Positions 56,375 to 64,000 of a stretch of DNA of 64,000 nt are shown piece by piece. The notes under the pieces were generated by a model. It had not been told where the DNA came from, ran no database searches, and saw only the letters and a list, made by a program, of their open reading frames with translations. The translations under genes were made by a program, and so were the position numbers. This DNA comes from Octopus vulgaris (Eukaryota), in NCBI GenBank assembly GCA_951406725.2, contig OX597824.1, positions 23,436,001 to 23,500,000 on the forward strand, written 5' to 3'. How positions within the stretch are numbered: the first letter of the stretch is position 1; the number at the start of each line of letters is the position of its first letter.

Positions 56375-57385
56375 TGGTGATGGTGGTGGTTGTGGTGGCA
56401 GTGGTGGTGATTTGGAGGTGATGGTGGTATAGGTGGTGGTGATGGTGGTGGTGGTGATGATGTGGTGGTGGTGTGGTGGCGGTATAGTAGGTGGTGATGG
56501 TGGTAGTTGTGGTGGCGGTGGCGGTATAGGTGGTGGTGATGGTAGTGGTTGTAGTGGTGGTATAGGTGCTGGCGGTGGTGGTGGTTGTGGTGGCTGTGGT
56601 GGTTTAGGTGGTGATGATGGTGGTGGTTGTGGTGCGGTGGTGGTATAGGTGGTGATGGTGGTGGTTGTGGTAGCGGTATATTAAGTGGTGATGGTAGTGG
56701 TTGTGGTTACGGTGGTGGTATTGGTGGTGATAATGGTGGTTGTGGTAGCGGTATAGTAGGTCGTGATGGTGGTGGCGGTGGTGGTATAGGTGGTGGTGAT
56801 GGTGGTGGCGGTGGTGGTGATGGTGGTAGTTGTGGTAGCGGTGGTGGTATAGGTGGCGGTGGTAGTATAGATGGTGATGATGGTGGTGGTTGTGGTGACG
56901 GTGGTGGTATCGGTGATGTTGATGGTTGTGGTTTTAGCGGCGGTGGTGATATAGGTGGTGGTGATGGTGGTGGTTGTGGTGGCGGTGGTGGTGGTTTTAT
57001 TGGTGATTTTGATGTTGATAGTAATGTTAGTATTTGTGGTTGTGGTTGTGGTGGTGGGGATGATGTAGGCGGTGGCAGTGGTGGTGATGGCGGTAGTGGT
57101 GGTGGTGGTGGTGATGGTGGTGGTGCTATTGAGGGTGAGAAGTTGATGTTGATGTTGGTGTTGAATGTATGGCAGTGGCGGTAATAGAGGTGATGGCAGT
57201 GGTGGTGGTGGTGGTGGTGGTGATGGTGATGGTGATGGTGGTGGTGATGGTGGTGGTGATGGTGGTGGTGGTGGTGCATCTTGTAGTGGCGATGTTGGTG
57301 ACGTTGGTGTTACGGTGGTGCCGGTGGTGGTGGTGTATTTTGATGGTGATGTTGGTGTTGGTGGTAGTAGCAATGGTGGAGGTAG
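56375..57385. repeat. Degenerate (GGT)n low-complexity tract, ~1 kb
   Basis: Directly visible. Confidence 0.95.
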
Positions 57386-57411
57386 TGCTTGTTAATATCA
57401 AGGTGACAAGG

Positions 57412-58330
57412 GAGCGAGCTGGCAGAAACGTTAGCACGCCGGGCGAAACGCTTATCGGTATTTCGTCTGCCGCTACGTTCTGAGTTCAAATTCCGCCGAG
57501 GTCGACTTTGCTTTTCTTCCTTTCGAGGTCGATAACTTAAATACCAGCAGCGTACTGGGGTTGATCTAATCGACTGGCCTCTCCCCCACAATTTCGGGCC
57601 TTAGAAAATAATATTAAGGTGACGAGGTGGAAGAATCGTTAGCGCGGCGTGCAAATTGCTTAGCGGTTGTTCGTCCGACTTTACGTTCTGAGTTCAAATT
57701 CCGTGGAGTTTGATTTTGATTTTCATCCTTTCGGGATATTATTGATATTAAGGCGACGAGCTGGCAGAATAGTTAGCACGCTTGACGAAATGCTTAGCGG
57801 TATATCGTCTGCCTTTCATCCTTTCGGGGTCGATAAATTAAGTACCAGTTACGCACTGGGGTTGATATAATCGACTTAATCCATTTGTCTGTCCTTGTTT
57901 GTCCTCTCAGTGTTTAGCCCCTTGTGGGTAGTAAAGAAATAGGTATATCGTCTGCCGCTACGTTCTGAGTTCAAATTCCGCCGAGGTCAACTTTGCCTTT
58001 CATCTTTTTCGGGGTCAATAAAATAAGTACTAGTTGAACACTGGGATCGATGTAATCGACTCATCCCCATCTCTCCAAGCTGCCCTTATAGCAAAAAATT
58101 GAAATAATTATTAACATTTGGAAGTTAGCAGAATTATTAGAACGTCGGACAAAATGCTTACGACAGTTTTTCACGGTCTCTGTTCAACTCCTTCCGAGAT
58201 TGACTTTGCATTTTATCTTTTCAAAAGTTGATAAAACAAAATACCAGTAATACACCGGACGAAATAATTGATCTTCTCCCCACTTCAAAATTGTTGCGCT
58301 TATTCCAAACTTACAAGAAATTATTTTAAT
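57412..58330 (+). mobile_element. SINE family B cluster
   Basis: At least five core modules in tandem. Confidence 0.85.
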
Positions 58331-58334
58331 ATCG

Positions 58335-58800
58335 GTTTCAAGGTTTGGAACACTGTTTTAACAAATTTGTGGGTGGAATCGTGGTGGGGTAGTTGATAAC
58401 ATCGACCCCAGTAATCAACTGGTACTTATTTTATCGACGCCGAACGGACGAAAGTCAAAGCCGACCTCGCAATGGAATTTGAAGTCAGTGCGTAAAGTCA
58501 GACGAAACGTGGTTAAGGAATTTTCCCAGCGTACTAACGATTCTGCCAGCTCTTCGTCTAAGAACGATTTTAATATTAATTTCAAATTTTGGCACAAGGC
58601 CAGCAGTTTTGGGGTGGGGACGGGCTAAGTCGATTATATCGACCCCAATGAATACCTGCTACTTATTTCATCGCCTCCGACCGGATGAAAGTCAAAGCCG
58701 ACCTCGGAAAAGAATTTTAAGCCACAACCTAAAAACGTACGAAATGCAGCTAAGCATTTTCCCCAGCATGCTAACGATTCTTCCGGTTCCTCGCCTAAGA
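58335..58800 (-). mobile_element. Two diverged SINE family B copies
   Basis: Reverse-orientation core motifs at ~58440 and ~58680. Confidence 0.8.
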
Positions 58801-58836
58801 ATAATTGTAATATTTCTTCTTTTTGTCTTGCTTTAA

Positions 58837-58944
58837 CCTTTAGCACACTGTAGGAGCATCATGTTGCCGCATGAGTTTTCTCCCTTGTATTAACATGGCA
58901 GTGACAGGGTAAACATTTCTCGAGAAAGTCCAGAGTGCTAAAGG
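58837..58944. mobile_element. piggyBac-like MITE
   Basis: TTAA-CCTTTAGCACACTG ... CAGAGTGCTAAAGG-ATAA. Confidence 0.6.
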
Positions 58945-59439
58945 ATAATTTCGTTCCGCTACTGATGCCATAATTCTTGTTGTTGATGTTGTTGTTTGTG
59001 GGGTTGTAATATGTTGATTATCAGTACTGGTTACTCTTTCTTATTTTTCACAAATTGGCTTCCTACAAATATTGTTTGTTGCTGTTGAAAGTTGTTAGAG
59101 TACATTATAGATCATCATCTTAATTGATTTCGTACCTTTGGATAGTGGCATTGGTAGAATTTGAAGGTGATGGTTCTGGTGGAGTAGAGATAGTGGTGAT
59201 GGTTGATAGGCTGCTGATGTTGGTGATAGCGGTGATGGGTAGCAATGGTGGTAAAAATAGTAATGCCGTGAGTGGTGATGCACATTGCGTATAAACATGA
59301 TAAGTAGGATGCTCATGATCATGACGACGATGAAGATGATGATCATGAGGTGGAGGAGGAAGAGGGGGAGGATAGGGAGGGATAGGAGGAGTAGGATGGA
59401 GATGTTGACGACAATGATGATGATGACGTGGTATATATT

Positions 59440-64000
<4,561 letters not shown>

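Noticed and set aside
56433-57483. Gly-rich / Pro-rich / His-rich ORFs resembling cuticle or beak structural proteins
   Set aside because: Degenerate (GGT)n tract with frame-breaking stops, no signal peptide or splice context, running into a SINE.

Overview
AT-rich, microsatellite-saturated eukaryotic non-coding DNA (intergenic or a large intron). The SINE repertoire and the (TA)n/(TACA)n/(GATA)n/(AAT)n load point to an octopus genome (inference). No host protein-coding exon can be supported: the ORF track is almost entirely translated simple repeats and SINEs. The window holds dozens of tRNA-derived SINE copies (labelled families A-D here), two complete non-autonomous Helitrons, mariner/Tigger/piggyBac/Merlin- or Mutator-type remnants, a LINE 3' end and several minisatellites. 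The main hidden signal is about a dozen minimal hammerhead-ribozyme-like motifs (CUGANGA...GAAA with a palindromic stem III), of the kind carried by Penelope-like elements and retrozymes. They occur in a 429-bp tandem unit, in head-to-head inverted pairs, behind a tRNA-like head, in a permuted topology, and split by a MITE. Bases 1-~3060 are an error-rich mirror image of ~3060-7500 and are probably a long-read fold-back assembly artefact. All structures were folded by eye and none has been tested for activity.
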